DNA from: an uncultured Acidimicrobiaceae bacterium
Lineage (GTDB): Bacteria > Actinomycetota > Acidimicrobiia > Acidimicrobiales > RAAP-2
Length of the DNA stretch: 64,000 nucleotides
NCBI GenBank assembly: GCA_963774485.1
Contig: CAVZFG010000003.1
Location: 1,150 to 65,149, forward strand
Direction of reading: 5' to 3'
Positions 33,059 to 43,035 of this stretch are shown here, piece by piece. Under the pieces are notes generated by a model. That model saw only the letters and a program-made list of their open reading frames with translations. It was not told the origin of the DNA and did no database searches. Each line of letters opens with the position of its first letter. Within the stretch, counting starts at the first letter, position 1. Position numbers and translations under genes: made by a program.

Positions 33059-33271
33059 CTAGCCCAGAACGGGCAGCTTGAGCTCGATCCCCGCGTTGGC
33101 CAGGAAGACGAGCTTGTGCTCGAGGGCAACCTGCCAATCGACCATGTCCTTGTCGAACTGCATGCGGTCGCCGTCCTCGCACGCGTGCTCGAGCTCGTCG
33201 AACGCCAGGTCTTCGGCGTCGAGCAGGGCCCGGTACTTCGAAAGGAAGTGGTCGTCGATCGGCTGATGCAC
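33059..33271 (-). CDS. Hypothetical 70-aa acidic protein
   Basis: End of ORF 33059-34237. The GTG start at 33269-33271 is preceded by GGAGGG. The protein reads HQPIDDHFLSKYRALLDAEDLAFDELEHACEDGDRMQFDKDMVDWQVALEHKLVFLANAGIELKLPVLG. Third-position G+C is high. Confidence 0.4.
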   Translation of the reverse strand: MHQPIDDHFLSKYRALLDAEDLAFDELEHACEDGDRMQFDKDMVDWQVALEHKLVFLANAGIELKLPVLG

Positions 33272-33417
33272 GTCGTCCCTCCTACCGCGGCCCGACCTTC
33301 GCGAGCCGGTACCCAAAACGATACTTCCGTCACGCGTTGTTCGCTCGGGGTGGGCGCCGCCCTCGCCGCCGCAAGCGCGGCAACACCCGCTCCAGGCCCC
33401 GGTTCCCACCAGCCGTC

Positions 33418-34237
33418 CTACCAGTTGCGGCGCAGGCGGTGGTAGGTCCGGGGCATCACGGAGCGGAACACCATGGCAGCGTCGATCAGCCCGGAGGCGC
33501 TGATCTCGAGCGTGGGGCCCCCGGCTTGCGCCAGGATCCGGCGCGACACCCACTCCACGCTGCCGCGTGGTCAGCCGGGGAGGCCGGCGCAGGCCGCGCT
33601 CGAGCGCCCCGAGTCCGAGCTCGGTGGCCATGAAGGCCGGATAGACGACGTGCACCCGCACCCCCTTGGGGGCCAGCCGGAACGAGGCGGACTCGGTGAA
33701 GGCGGACAGGGCCGCCTTCGAGGAGGGGTAGGCGCCGGGGCCGGGGGAGGGCAGGCGGCCGCCATCGGACGAGACGTTGACGATCGTGCCGCTCCCGCGC
33801 TCGACCATGCCCGGGATGACGGCCAGGCTGGCGGCCACCGGCGCGAAGAAGTTCACGTCGAAGGTGCGGCGGAAGTCCTCCTCGGCGATGTCGACCAGGC
33901 GGACGGCCGGGTCCTGCGCCGCGTTGTTGACGAGCAGGTCGATGGGGCCCTGCGTGGCGGCCACCTGCCCGAGGGCCCGCCGCAGGGCCGCGGTGTCGGC
34001 CACGTCGCAGGTGATCGTCGCCGACGCCGGGGCGTGGGTGCGCAGTTCGGCCGCGAGCGTGTCGAGCCGATCGGTGCTGCGGGCCAGCCCGACCACGCTC
34101 GCGCCGGCGCGGGCCAGGTCACGGCAGAGCTGGGCGCCCAGGCCGGCCGAGGCGCCGGTGACGACGCACACCTGGCCGCGGTAGCGCCCGCCGAAGTCCG
34201 GAGGGCGCGCCGACGGTGAGAAGCGGGTCCGGGCCAC
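33418..34237 (-). CDS. Short-chain dehydrogenase/reductase (SDR) (frameshift near 33560)
   Basis: ORF 33059-34237 contains VCVVTGASAGLGAQL (TGxxxGxG), LLVNNAA and YPSSKAAL (YxxxK). After ..ELGLGALERGLRRPPRLTTR a 1-nt shift gives SVEWVSRRILAQAGGPTLEISASGLIDAAMVFRSVMPRTYHRLRRNW-stop (TAG at 33418-33420). Confidence 0.85.
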
Positions 34238-34246
34238 GCGGTGCGC

Positions 34247-34745
34247 TCAGGCCGGGTCGGTCGGTTCGGCGGGGTCCGTCAGGTCCTCCAGGTCGGTCCC
34301 GAGCCGGGCCGCCGCCGCGGCGAGCACGTCCTGGCCGGCGACGAGCGCCGCCAGGTCGCCGCGCACGCGCACCCGCCCGGCGGCCAGCGCGTCGCCGGGG
34401 TCGAGCTCGCCGCGGGCCATGGCCGCCGCGTCCGCGTAGCCGAGGACGATCGTCGCCGTGCCGGTCACCTCACCGGTGGGGTCGAGGGCGAGGCGGGCCC
34501 TGCCGTCGGCCACGGTCAACACCACGCGTACCTCCGCCTCCGCGGCGTCCGCTCCGCGCGGCTCCGGCGGCGTCGGCGGCCTGCCCACCCGTCGGGACGC
34601 CCGTCACCACCTGGACCACGCTGAACGTGCCGTCGGCGGCGGCGAGCGAGCCCTCGGCGGCCGCGGCGACGACGTCGGACAGGTCGAGCGCGCTCAGCGC
34701 GGCGTCGAAGGACAGCACCCATTCGGGTGACAGGTAGCGGGCCAT
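34247..34745 (-). CDS. SCP2 / sterol-carrier-like domain protein (frameshift near 34560)
   Basis: MARYLSPEWVLSFDAALSAL.. (tail of ORF 34470-35591) joins ORF 34247-34588 (..VRVVLTVADGRARLALDPTG..GYADAAAMARGELDPGDALAAGRVRVRGDLAAL). Confidence 0.65.
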
Positions 34746-34771
34746 GGCGAAGACTACGCGGCCGGCGCCGC

Positions 34772-35591
34772 TCAGCCGGCAGTCGCCTCCTCGGCAGTCG
34801 CCTCTTCGGAGTTCCCCGGCGGTCGCCTCTTCGGCGGTCTTCTTCGAGCGTCCCATGATCTTGCGCCCGAGCCAGGCGACGGGGTCGTAGCGGGCGTCGA
34901 CCACCCGCTCCTTCATCGGGATGATGCCGTTGTCGGTGATCTTGATGTGCTCGGGGCAGACCTCGGTGCAGCACTTGGTGATGTTGCACATGCCGAGGCC
35001 CTTGTCGTGGGCCAGCTCGCGGCGGTCGTTGACGTCGAGCGGGTGCATCTCGAGCTCGGCGAAGCGGATGAAGAAGCGCGGCCCGGCGTAGTTGGGCTTG
35101 TTCTCCTCGTGGTCACGGATGACGTGGCAGACGTCCTGGCACATGAAGCACTCGATGCACTTGCGGAACTCCTGGCCGCGCTCGACGTCGACCTGCATCA
35201 TGCGGTAGCCGCCCTCGGGCTCGGGGCCCGGCTCGAAGGGCGGGATCGTCTTGGCCACCTCGTAGTTGAACGAGACGTCGGTCACCAGGTCCCGGATGAT
35301 GGGGAACGTCTTCATCGGCGCCACCGTGACGGGCTCGCCCTCGGGCAGCGTGTCCATGCGCGTCATGCACATGAGGCGGGGCAGGCCGTTGATCTCGGCC
35401 GAGCACGAGCCGCACTTGCCCGCCTTGCAGTTCCAGCGGCAGGCCAGGTCCGGCGCGTCGGAGGCCTGAATGCGGTGGATCACGTCGAGCACGACCTCGC
35501 CCTCGACGGCCGGCATCACGTAGTCGGTGAACTCGCCGCCCTGGTCGTCCCCCCGCCAGACCCGCATGGTGATCTTCTCGGCGTCGGCCAT
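34772..35591 (-). CDS. sdhB: Succinate dehydrogenase / fumarate reductase iron-sulfur subunit (Sdh1 type)
   Basis: ORF 34470-35591 shows the Cys clusters CRWNCKAGKCGSCSAEING, CIECFMCQDVC and CNITKCCTEVCP. The natural C-terminus ..AEEATAGNSEEATAEEATAG-stop (TGA at 34772-34774) is reached if one G is removed from the GGGG run near 34815. As written, the frame runs into the next gene. Confidence 0.9.
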
Positions 35592-35593
35592 GC

Positions 35594-37439
35594 TCAGCTT
35601 CCCTCCTCGAACAGTGCGCGCAGCTCGGCCGGCATCTCCGGCAGCGGCTCGGGGGCGATGGCGATCGGCGCCAGGTAGCCGTGCTCGCCGGTCTGGTGCT
35701 GCACGAAGTTGACCTTGCCCATCTCGGGGTCCGGCCCGGGGTAGTCCTCGCGGGTGTGCCCGCCGCGGGACTCCTTGCGGTTGAGCGCCCCCTGGGCCAC
35801 CGCGATGGAGGTGGTGATCATGGAGGGCAGGTCGGTGGCGAGGTTCCAGCCGGGGTTGTAGGCCCGGCCGCCCTTCACCTGCACCTTGGCCGTCTGCTGC
35901 TTGAGATCCTCGAGCTTGGCCAGCGCCTCCTCGAGCTCGGGCCCGGTGCGGATGATGCCGACCAGCGACTGCATGGTCTCCTGCAGCTCCTCGTGGACGT
36001 CGTAGGGGTTGTACCCGTCCTCACGCCCGAAGGGGGCGAAGGCCTCGTCGATCACCGAGGCGACCTCCGCCGGGTCGACGCTCGGCGAGCCGGCGCGGCC
36101 CTCGGCGAAGTCGGCCGCACCGATGACCGGCCCGGCGGCCGAAGACGATGAGGTCCGAGAGCGAGTTGCCGCCCAGGCGGTTCGCTCCGTGCATGCCGCC
36201 CGACACCTCGCCGACGGCGAAGAGGCCCGGGACGGTGGCGGCCTGGGTCTCGGCGTCGACCCGCACCCCGCCCATCATGTAGTGGCAGGTGGGACCGACC
36301 TCCATGGCCTCGGCGGTGATGTCGACGCCGGCCAGCTCCATGAACTGGTGGTACATGGAGGGCAGCCGGCGCCGGATGTACTCGGGGGTGCGCCGCGAGG
36401 CGATGTCGAGGAAGACGCCGCCGTGCGGGCTGCCCCGGCCGGCCTTCACCTCGGAGTTGATGGCCCGGGCCACCTCGTCGCGCGGCAGCAGGTCGGGCGT
36501 GCGGCGGTTGTTGATGTGGTCGTCGTACCAGGCGTCGGCCTCTTCCTCGGTCTCCGCCGTCTCGGCCCGGAACATGGGGGCCACGTAGTTGAACATGAAG
36601 CGGGTGCCCTCGGAGTTGCGCAGCACGCCGCCGTCGCCGCGCACGCCCTCGGTCACCAGGATGCCGCGCACCGACAGCGGCCACACCATCCCCGTCGGGT
36701 GGAACTGCACGCACTCCATGTCGATGACGTCGGCGCCGGCCCAGATGGCCATGGCGTGGCCGTCGCCGACCGACTCCCACGAGTTCGAGGTGTACTTCCA
36801 CGACTTGCCGATCGACCCCGTGGCCAGGATGAAGGCCTTGGCGGTGAAGAGCACCATCTCGCCGGTCGGGCGCATGTAGCCCACCGCCCCGCTGATGCGG
36901 CCCTCGGCGTCGGGCAGCAGGCGCAGGATCTTGCACTCCATGAACACGTCGGTCCCCATGGAGACGACCTTCTGCTGCAGGGTGCGGATGAGCTCGAGCC
37001 CGGTGCGGTCGCCGACGTGGGCCAGGCGGGCGTAGCGGTGGCCGCCGAAGTCGCGCTGGGTGATGCGGCCGTCCTTGGTGCGGTCGAACAGCGCGCCCCA
37101 GCGCTCCAGCTCGAAGACCCGGTCGGGCGCCTCCATGGCGTGGATCTGCGCCATGCGCCAGTTGTTGAGCATCTTGCCGCCGCGCATGGTGTCGCGGAAG
37201 TGGACCTGCCAGTTGTCCTCGGGCCAGACGTGGCCCATGGCGGCGGCCATGCCGCCCTCGGCCATGACCGTGTGCGCCTTGCCGAGCAGCGACTTGCAGA
37301 CGAGCGCCACCCGCAGGCCGCGCTCCTTGGCCTCGATGGCGGCGCGCAGCCCGGAGCCGCCGGCGCCGATGATGATGACGTCGTAGTCGTGGGTCTCGTA
37401 GTCGTGGGCCTCGGTGCTCTGGGTGGTCTGGGCGGCCAT
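35594..37439 (-). CDS. sdhA: Succinate dehydrogenase / fumarate reductase flavoprotein subunit (frameshift near 36127)
   Basis: MAAQTTQ..YDVIIIGAGGSGLRAAIEA..AHTVMAEGG..HPTGMVWP..GGMHGANRLGGNSLSDLIVFGRRAG (ORF 36021-38171) continues as VIGAADFAEGRAG..VIDEAF.. in ORF 35594-36055 (..RKESRGGHTREDYP). Confidence 0.92.
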
Positions 37440-38266
37440 CAGAAGTGGAAGCCCGGGTCGTGGATCGTCCCGCTGGCCACCAGGCGCACGTAGAGGTCGC
37501 TGAGCGCCACCACGAAGAGGCTGGTCCAGGCGAAGCGCATGTGATTGGCGTTGAGCGGCGTGACGAACTTCCAGAGCTTGTAGCGCACCGGGTGTTTGGC
37601 GAACGAGCGCACCTGGCCGCCGCAGAAGTGCCGGCAGGCGTGGCACGACAGGCTGTAGAGCCACAGGAAGAGGGCGTTGAAGCAGAGCACGACCGTGCCG
37701 ACGCTGATGCCGATGCCGAGGCCCGGCTGGCGGAAGGCGATGATGGCGTCGTAGGTCAGGATGCAGTTGAAGATCAGGAGGATCCAGAAGAAGTAGCGGT
37801 GGATGTTCTGGAGGATGAGCGGGAAGCGGGTCTCGCCGCTGTAGCTGCCGTGGGCGTCGGCCACCGCGCACGCCGGGGGCGAGAACCAGAAGGACCGGTA
37901 GTAGGCCTTGCGGTAGTAGTAGCAGGTGAGGCGGAAGCCGAGCGGGAAGATGAGGATGAGCAGCGCCGGCGAGTAGTTCCAGAAGCCCAGCGTCCCGAAG
38001 GCATGGCTGCCCGGCACGCAGCTGTTGGCGATGCAGGGCGAGTAGAAGGGCGAGATCAGGTCGCGGTGCAGGTCGGCGCCGGCGTAGTAGTCCTTGCCCA
38101 CGAAGGCGGCCCAGGTCGAGTAGACGACGAAGGCGATCAGGACCGTGGCGGTGACCGCCGGCTCGACCCACCAGGCGTCCTTGCGCAGGGTCGGCTGGTC
38201 GGGGCCGCCCCGGGGCGCCCCGATGGCAACCGGGGTCGCGGTTGCGCTCTCGACCGTCGTCGTCAC
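37439..38266 (-). CDS. Succinate dehydrogenase membrane-anchor subunit, Sdh1 type (about 275 aa, polytopic)
   Basis: Distal part of ORF 37439-38971. The GTG start at 38264-38266 follows GAGGAGG. The protein has five or six hydrophobic helices with conserved His/Cys (HRYFFWILL, SLSCHACRHFCGG). The stop overlaps the sdhA start. Its size and position match the membrane subunit of mycobacterial Sdh1-type operons (from memory). Confidence 0.75.
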   Translation of the reverse strand: MTTTVESATATPVAIGAPRGGPDQPTLRKDAWWVEPAVTATVLIAFVVYSTWAAFVGKDYYAGADLHRDLISPFYSPCIANSCVPGSHAFGTLGFWNYSPALLILIFPLGFRLTCYYYRKAYYRSFWFSPPACAVADAHGSYSGETRFPLILQNIHRYFFWILLIFNCILTYDAIIAFRQPGLGIGISVGTVVLCFNALFLWLYSLSCHACRHFCGGQVRSFAKHPVRYKLWKFVTPLNANHMRFAWTSLFVVALSDLYVRLVASGTIHDPGFHF

Positions 38267-38446
38267 TCGCACCTCCTCAGTGCCGGCCGCAGCGTCCGGG
38301 TCGGCCGCCCGATCATCCCAGACCGCTCCCGCGACCCTGCAAGTCGCCCGCTGTCGCCCGACTCCACGGCCCAGACCATATGGGTCCGCCCGGGGCACGT
38401 CAAAGACATAGATGACATTGAAATCAGAGCGATAAGCTCTCAATCT

Positions 38447-39360
38447 GTGCAGCTGCACCAGCTGTCCTACGCCCTGGCCGTGGCCGAGGAGCAGAGCTTC
38501 ACCCGGGCCGCCGCCCGCCTGCACCTGGCCCAGCCCTCGCTCTCCCGCCAGGTCCGCCTGCTCGAGCACGAGCTGGGCGTGGTCCTCTTCAACCGTGGGC
38601 CGGGCCAGGGTCCGGTGACCCTCACCCCCGACGGGAGCGCGCTGCTGCCCTTCATGCAACGGGTGCTGGCCGACATCGAGGCCACCGGGGCCGAGGCACG
38701 GGCGCTCTCGGGCATGGCCCGGGGCCGCATGGCGGTCGGCGCCACGCCCAGCCTCATCACGAGCGCGCTGGCCCCGGCCCTGGTCGAGTTCCACGCCAGC
38801 CACCCCGGCATCGACCTGTCGGTCGTCGAGGGCGGCTCGCACCAGCTGGTGCCCCAGGTCGCCTCCGGCGAGGTCGACCTGGCCCTGGTCGTCCTCCCGG
38901 TGACCGACCCGCTGGTGGTGACCACGCCCCTCTTCGACGACCCCCTGGTGCTGGCCACCGCGGCCGACCACCCCTACGCAACGAGGCGGCGGGTCCGGGT
39001 GCGCGACCTCGACGGCCTCGACCTCGTCATGTTCCGGGAGGGCTACGACCTGCGCGCCGTGACGCTGGCCGCCTGCCTCGAGGCGGGGTGGAGCCGCACC
39101 TGGTGTGTGAGGGGGGCGAGATGGCCGGCGTCCTCGCCTTCGTCGCCGCCGGCCTCGGCGCGGCCGTGGTGCCCGCCATCGCGCTGCCCGGCGACGGCTC
39201 GCTCGTCGGCATCCCGTTCACGGCTCCCACGCTGAGCCGCACCGTGGCCCTGGCCCAGCGCGGCGACCGCGCCCTCGCCCGCCCGGCGCGCGCCCTGGCC
39301 GACCAGTTGCTGGCGCGCCATGCGCAGACGGTTGCAACCCCGGGGAGCGTGCCGGGGTGA
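38447..39360 (+). CDS. LysR-family transcriptional regulator, divergent from sdhCAB (frameshift near 39085)
   Basis: GTG 38447 gives QLHQLSYALAVAEEQSFTRAAARLHLAQPSLSRQVRLLEHELG (ORF 37445-39235). This continues in ORF 39088-39360 (EPHLVCEGGEMAGVLAFVAAGLGAAVVP). The GGGG run at the junction is probably one G short. Confidence 0.85.
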
Positions 39361-39520
39361 CGGCCCGGTCGGGTGCCGTCCGTCGGGCCTTCGCCGGGCG
39401 ATGCTGCCTCGGTCCGTCCCGGCGGACTCCCTGGGAACGCTCAACGAGTGTGTGCAGAGTTCCGCACGAGTGTCCCGGCGTCGCCGCGCGAGTCACCAGG
39501 GACGGGCGTAGGCTTCGTCC

Positions 39521-40999
39521 ATGGACGGCCCCTCGCAGCACTTCGATCCTTCCGCGACCCCGGACCCCGCCGGGCTCAAGCCCCCGGACGACCTCCCCCG
39601 CTCCCTGGTCGACCTGCGCGCCGCGGGCTGGGAGTCGGTGTCGGTGGCCGAGGAGATCCGGCGCAACACCGCCAAGCACATCGCGGCCGGACAGAGCCTC
39701 GTCCCCGGCGTGCTCGGCTTCGAGGACACCGTCGTGCCCCAGCTGGAGAACGCGATCCTGGCCGGTCACGACCTCATCTTGTTGGGCGAGCGCGGCCAGG
39801 CGAAGACCCGCGTGATCCGCTCGCTGGTCGGGCTGCTCGACGAGTGGATGCCGATCATCGCCGGCTCCGAGATCAACGACGACCCCTACCACCCGGTCTC
39901 GCGCTTCGCCCTCGACCGGGTCGACGAGCTCGGGGAGGCCGTGCCGATCGACTGGGTCCACCGCTCGCAGCGCTACGGCGAGAAGTTGGCCACCCCCGAC
40001 ACCTCCATCGCCGACCTCATCGGCGAGGTCGACCCGATCAAGATCGCCGAGGGCCGCTACCTGAGCGACGAGCTGGCGCTGCACTACGGGCTCATCCCCC
40101 GCGTCAACCGCGGCATCTTCGCCATCAACGAGCTGCCGGACCTCTCCGAGCGCATCCAGGTCGGCCTGCTCAACATCCTCGAGGAACGCGACGTGCAGAT
40201 CCGGGGCCACCGCATCCGGCTGCCGCTCGACATCATGCTGGTGGCGACGGCCAACCCGGAGGACTACACGAACCGTGGCCGGATCATCACGCCGCTCAAG
40301 GACCGCTTCGGCGCGCAGATCCGCACGCACTACCCCTTCGAGACCCTGACCGAAGTGCGCATCATGGAGGGCGAGGCCGATCTGCCCACGGCCGGCATCC
40401 CGGTCCAGGTGCCCAAGTTCATGAAGGAGGTGGTGGCCGAGATCAGCCAGCTGGCCCGGCGCAGCACCCACCTCAACCAGCGCAGCGGCGTCTCGGTCCG
40501 CCTGTCCATCGCCAACTACGAGACCCTGGTCGCCTCCGCCGTGCGGCGCGCCCTGCGGACGGGGGAGCCGGTGGCGGTGCCGCGCATCAGCGACCTCTCC
40601 TCGCTGGTGCCCTCGACCCAGGGCAAGATCGAGGTCGAGGCGATGGAGGAGGGCCACGAGGACGAGGTGGTGGCCCAGCTGGTGGCGGCGGCCACCCTCT
40701 CGGTCTTCCGCCGCCGCGTCACGCTCGACGACCCGCAGTCGATCGTGGCCGCGTTCCACGACCAGGTCGTCGTGCACGTCGGCGACGACCTGCCCTCGGC
40801 GGCCTACCTCGAGGTGCTGGCCGACATCCCCGAGCTCGAGCCGCCGACGCGCAAGCTGGCCGGCCCCGAGGCGGCCGAGGCCGAGTCGCCCGCCCTCATG
40901 GCCAGCTCCCTCGAGTTCCTCCTCGAGGGTCTGCACCTGACCAAGCGGCTGAACAAGGACGCCTCCGGCGCCCGCGCCCTCTACCGCGGGCGCAAGTAG
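39521..40999 (+). CDS. AAA+ ATPase, Mg-chelatase subunit I (ChlI)-like
   Basis: Intact ORF 39521-40999 contains DLILLGERGQAKT (Walker A variant), GIFAINELPDL (Walker B) and ATANPEDYTNRGRIITPLKDRF (sensor/Arg finger region). Confidence 0.85.
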   Translation: MDGPSQHFDPSATPDPAGLKPPDDLPRSLVDLRAAGWESVSVAEEIRRNTAKHIAAGQSLVPGVLGFEDTVVPQLENAILAGHDLILLGERGQAKTRVIRSLVGLLDEWMPIIAGSEINDDPYHPVSRFALDRVDELGEAVPIDWVHRSQRYGEKLATPDTSIADLIGEVDPIKIAEGRYLSDELALHYGLIPRVNRGIFAINELPDLSERIQVGLLNILEERDVQIRGHRIRLPLDIMLVATANPEDYTNRGRIITPLKDRFGAQIRTHYPFETLTEVRIMEGEADLPTAGIPVQVPKFMKEVVAEISQLARRSTHLNQRSGVSVRLSIANYETLVASAVRRALRTGEPVAVPRISDLSSLVPSTQGKIEVEAMEEGHEDEVVAQLVAAATLSVFRRRVTLDDPQSIVAAFHDQVVVHVGDDLPSAAYLEVLADIPELEPPTRKLAGPEAAEAESPALMASSLEFLLEGLHLTKRLNKDASGARALYRGRK

Positions 41000-41015
41000 G
41001 GCCGGGCACGAGACC

Positions 41016-43022
41016 GTGAGCGCCCGCTACGACTACTCGGAATGGGACGGCACCCAGGAGTTCGCCGACCTCGACCCCGACGACCTCCTGGCCGGGCTCA
41101 CCGACGACCTCCTGGCCGGCGGCGATCTCGACGACGCGCTGCGTCGCCTCCTGCGCAGCGGCTTCCACACCGCCGACGGCGACCAGGTCCCCGGCCTGAG
41201 AGACCTCCTCGACCAGCTCCGCCGCCGCCGCCAGGAGATGCTCGCCGAGGGTGACCCCGACGGCCGCATGGCCGACCTCACGAGGCAGCTCGACGAGATC
41301 GAGCAGGACGAGCGCGCCGCCATCGACGACCTCGTGGAGGAAGCGCACGCCTCGGGCGACCAGCGGCGCAGTGAGGTGACCGACGACGTGGCCACCGAGC
41401 GGCGCATGGCGCTCGACCTCCAGCCCGACGACCCGGCCGGCCGCATCAGCAGCCTGCAGCACTACGACTTCGTCTCCTCCGAGGCCCGCGAGCGCTTCGA
41501 GGAGCTCGTCGAGGAGCTCAGGCGGGAGATGGCCGACACCTTCTTCGAGGGCGCGTCCGAGGCGCTCTCGAGCATGAGCCCCGAGCAGATGGCGCGCATG
41601 CGGGACGCCTACGACGCCCTCAACAAGATGCTCGAGCAGCGCGAACGCGGCGAGGAGCTCGACCCCAGCTTCGAGGAGTTCATGGAGCAGTACGGCGACA
41701 TGTTCCCGGGCAACCCGCAGACGCTCGACGAGCTCCTCGAGCAGCTGGCCGAGCGCATGGCCGCCGCGCAGGCGGTGTGGAACTCGCTCAGCCCCGAGCA
41801 GCAGGCGCAGCTGAGCCAGCTCATGGAGGCCGTCCTCGAGGACATGGACCTGCGCTGGCAGGTCGAGCGGCTGGCCCAGAACCTCCAGCGCGCCGTGCCC
41901 GACGCCGGCTGGCAGCGTTCCTACGACTTCAACGGCGAGGGCTCCCTGCCCCTGAACCGGGCCACCGACCTGGCCTCGCAGCTGGGCCAGCTCGACCGCA
42001 TGGAAGAGGTGCTCCAGTCGGCCTCCACCCCGGCCGCCCTGGGGGAGATCGACCTCGAGCAGGTGAAGCAGCACATGGGCGAGGACGCGGCGCGGGCGCT
42101 GGACCGGCTGGCCAACCTCACCAAGTCGCTGGCCGACGCGGGGCTGATCGAGCAGCAGGGCGGGCGCATCGAGCTCACGCCGCGCGGCGTGCGGCGCCTC
42201 GGCCAGAAGGCCCTGGCCGATCTCTTCGGCCAGATCAACAAGGACCGCATCGGGGACCACTCGACCGTGCGCACCGGCTCGGGCCACGACCGCGAGGAGA
42301 CGACGAAGGCCTACGAGTACGGCGACCCGCTCAACCTGCACCTGTCCACGACGGTGCACAATGCGGTCCGCCGGAGCGGGTCCGGCGTGCCGGTGCGGCT
42401 GACCCCCGAGGACTTCGAGGTGGTCGAGGTCGAGGCCCTCTCGCGCAGCGCCACCGTGCTCCTCATCGACCTGTCCATGTCGATGCCGATGCGGGACAAC
42501 TTCGTGCCGGCCAAGCGCATGGCCATGGCGCTGCAGACTCTCATCTCGAGCAAGTTCCCCCGGGACTATCTCGGCATCGTGGGCTTCTCGGAGGTGGCCC
42601 GGGAGATCCGCGCCGACGAGGTCCCCACGGCCATGTGGGACTACGTCTACGGCACCAACCTGCAGCACGCGCTGGCGCTGGCCCGGCGCATGCTGGCCCA
42701 CGAGCACGGCACCAAGCAGATCATCGTGGTCACCGACGGCGAGCCGACGGCGCACATCGACGACCACGGCGAGGTCTTCTTCAATTACCCGCCCATCCCC
42801 GAGACCCTGCGCCGCACCATGGCCGAGGTCATCCGCTGCACCCGGGCCGGCATCGTGATCAACACCTTCGCCCTCGACCTCCAGCGCACGCACTACCCCT
42901 TCGTGGAGCAGATCGCCCGGGTCAACGGCGGCCGCACCTTCTACACGACGCCCGACGCCCTGGGCGGCTACGTGCTGGTCGACTTCCTCCAGCACCGCCG
43001 GGTGCTCCGTCCCGCCGGCTGA
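41016..43022 (+). CDS. von Willebrand factor A (VWA) domain protein, partner of the ChlI-like ATPase
   Basis: Intact ORF 41016-43022 has a long acidic coiled N-terminal region. The VWA domain has a MIDAS motif (VLLIDLSMSM ... VVTDGEPTA). Confidence 0.85.
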   Translation: MSARYDYSEWDGTQEFADLDPDDLLAGLTDDLLAGGDLDDALRRLLRSGFHTADGDQVPGLRDLLDQLRRRRQEMLAEGDPDGRMADLTRQLDEIEQDERAAIDDLVEEAHASGDQRRSEVTDDVATERRMALDLQPDDPAGRISSLQHYDFVSSEARERFEELVEELRREMADTFFEGASEALSSMSPEQMARMRDAYDALNKMLEQRERGEELDPSFEEFMEQYGDMFPGNPQTLDELLEQLAERMAAAQAVWNSLSPEQQAQLSQLMEAVLEDMDLRWQVERLAQNLQRAVPDAGWQRSYDFNGEGSLPLNRATDLASQLGQLDRMEEVLQSASTPAALGEIDLEQVKQHMGEDAARALDRLANLTKSLADAGLIEQQGGRIELTPRGVRRLGQKALADLFGQINKDRIGDHSTVRTGSGHDREETTKAYEYGDPLNLHLSTTVHNAVRRSGSGVPVRLTPEDFEVVEVEALSRSATVLLIDLSMSMPMRDNFVPAKRMAMALQTLISSKFPRDYLGIVGFSEVAREIRADEVPTAMWDYVYGTNLQHALALARRMLAHEHGTKQIIVVTDGEPTAHIDDHGEVFFNYPPIPETLRRTMAEVIRCTRAGIVINTFALDLQRTHYPFVEQIARVNGGRTFYTTPDALGGYVLVDFLQHRRVLRPAG

Positions 43023-43035
43023 GGTCCCGACCCTC

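Noticed and set aside
34470-34775. sdhB reading straight into the SCP2-like gene, considered as a possible natural SdhB-SCP2 fusion.
   Set aside because: Removing one G from a GGGG run restores a repetitive EEATA tail and a stop at 34772-34774, and the SCP2-like gene has its own ATG. The read-through is best explained by the general indel problem.
38267-38446. The sdhC-lysR divergent region, inspected for a LysR T-N11-A box.
   Set aside because: Several T-N11-A matches exist by chance in this AT-richer stretch, and none is part of a clear dyad. It was not called.
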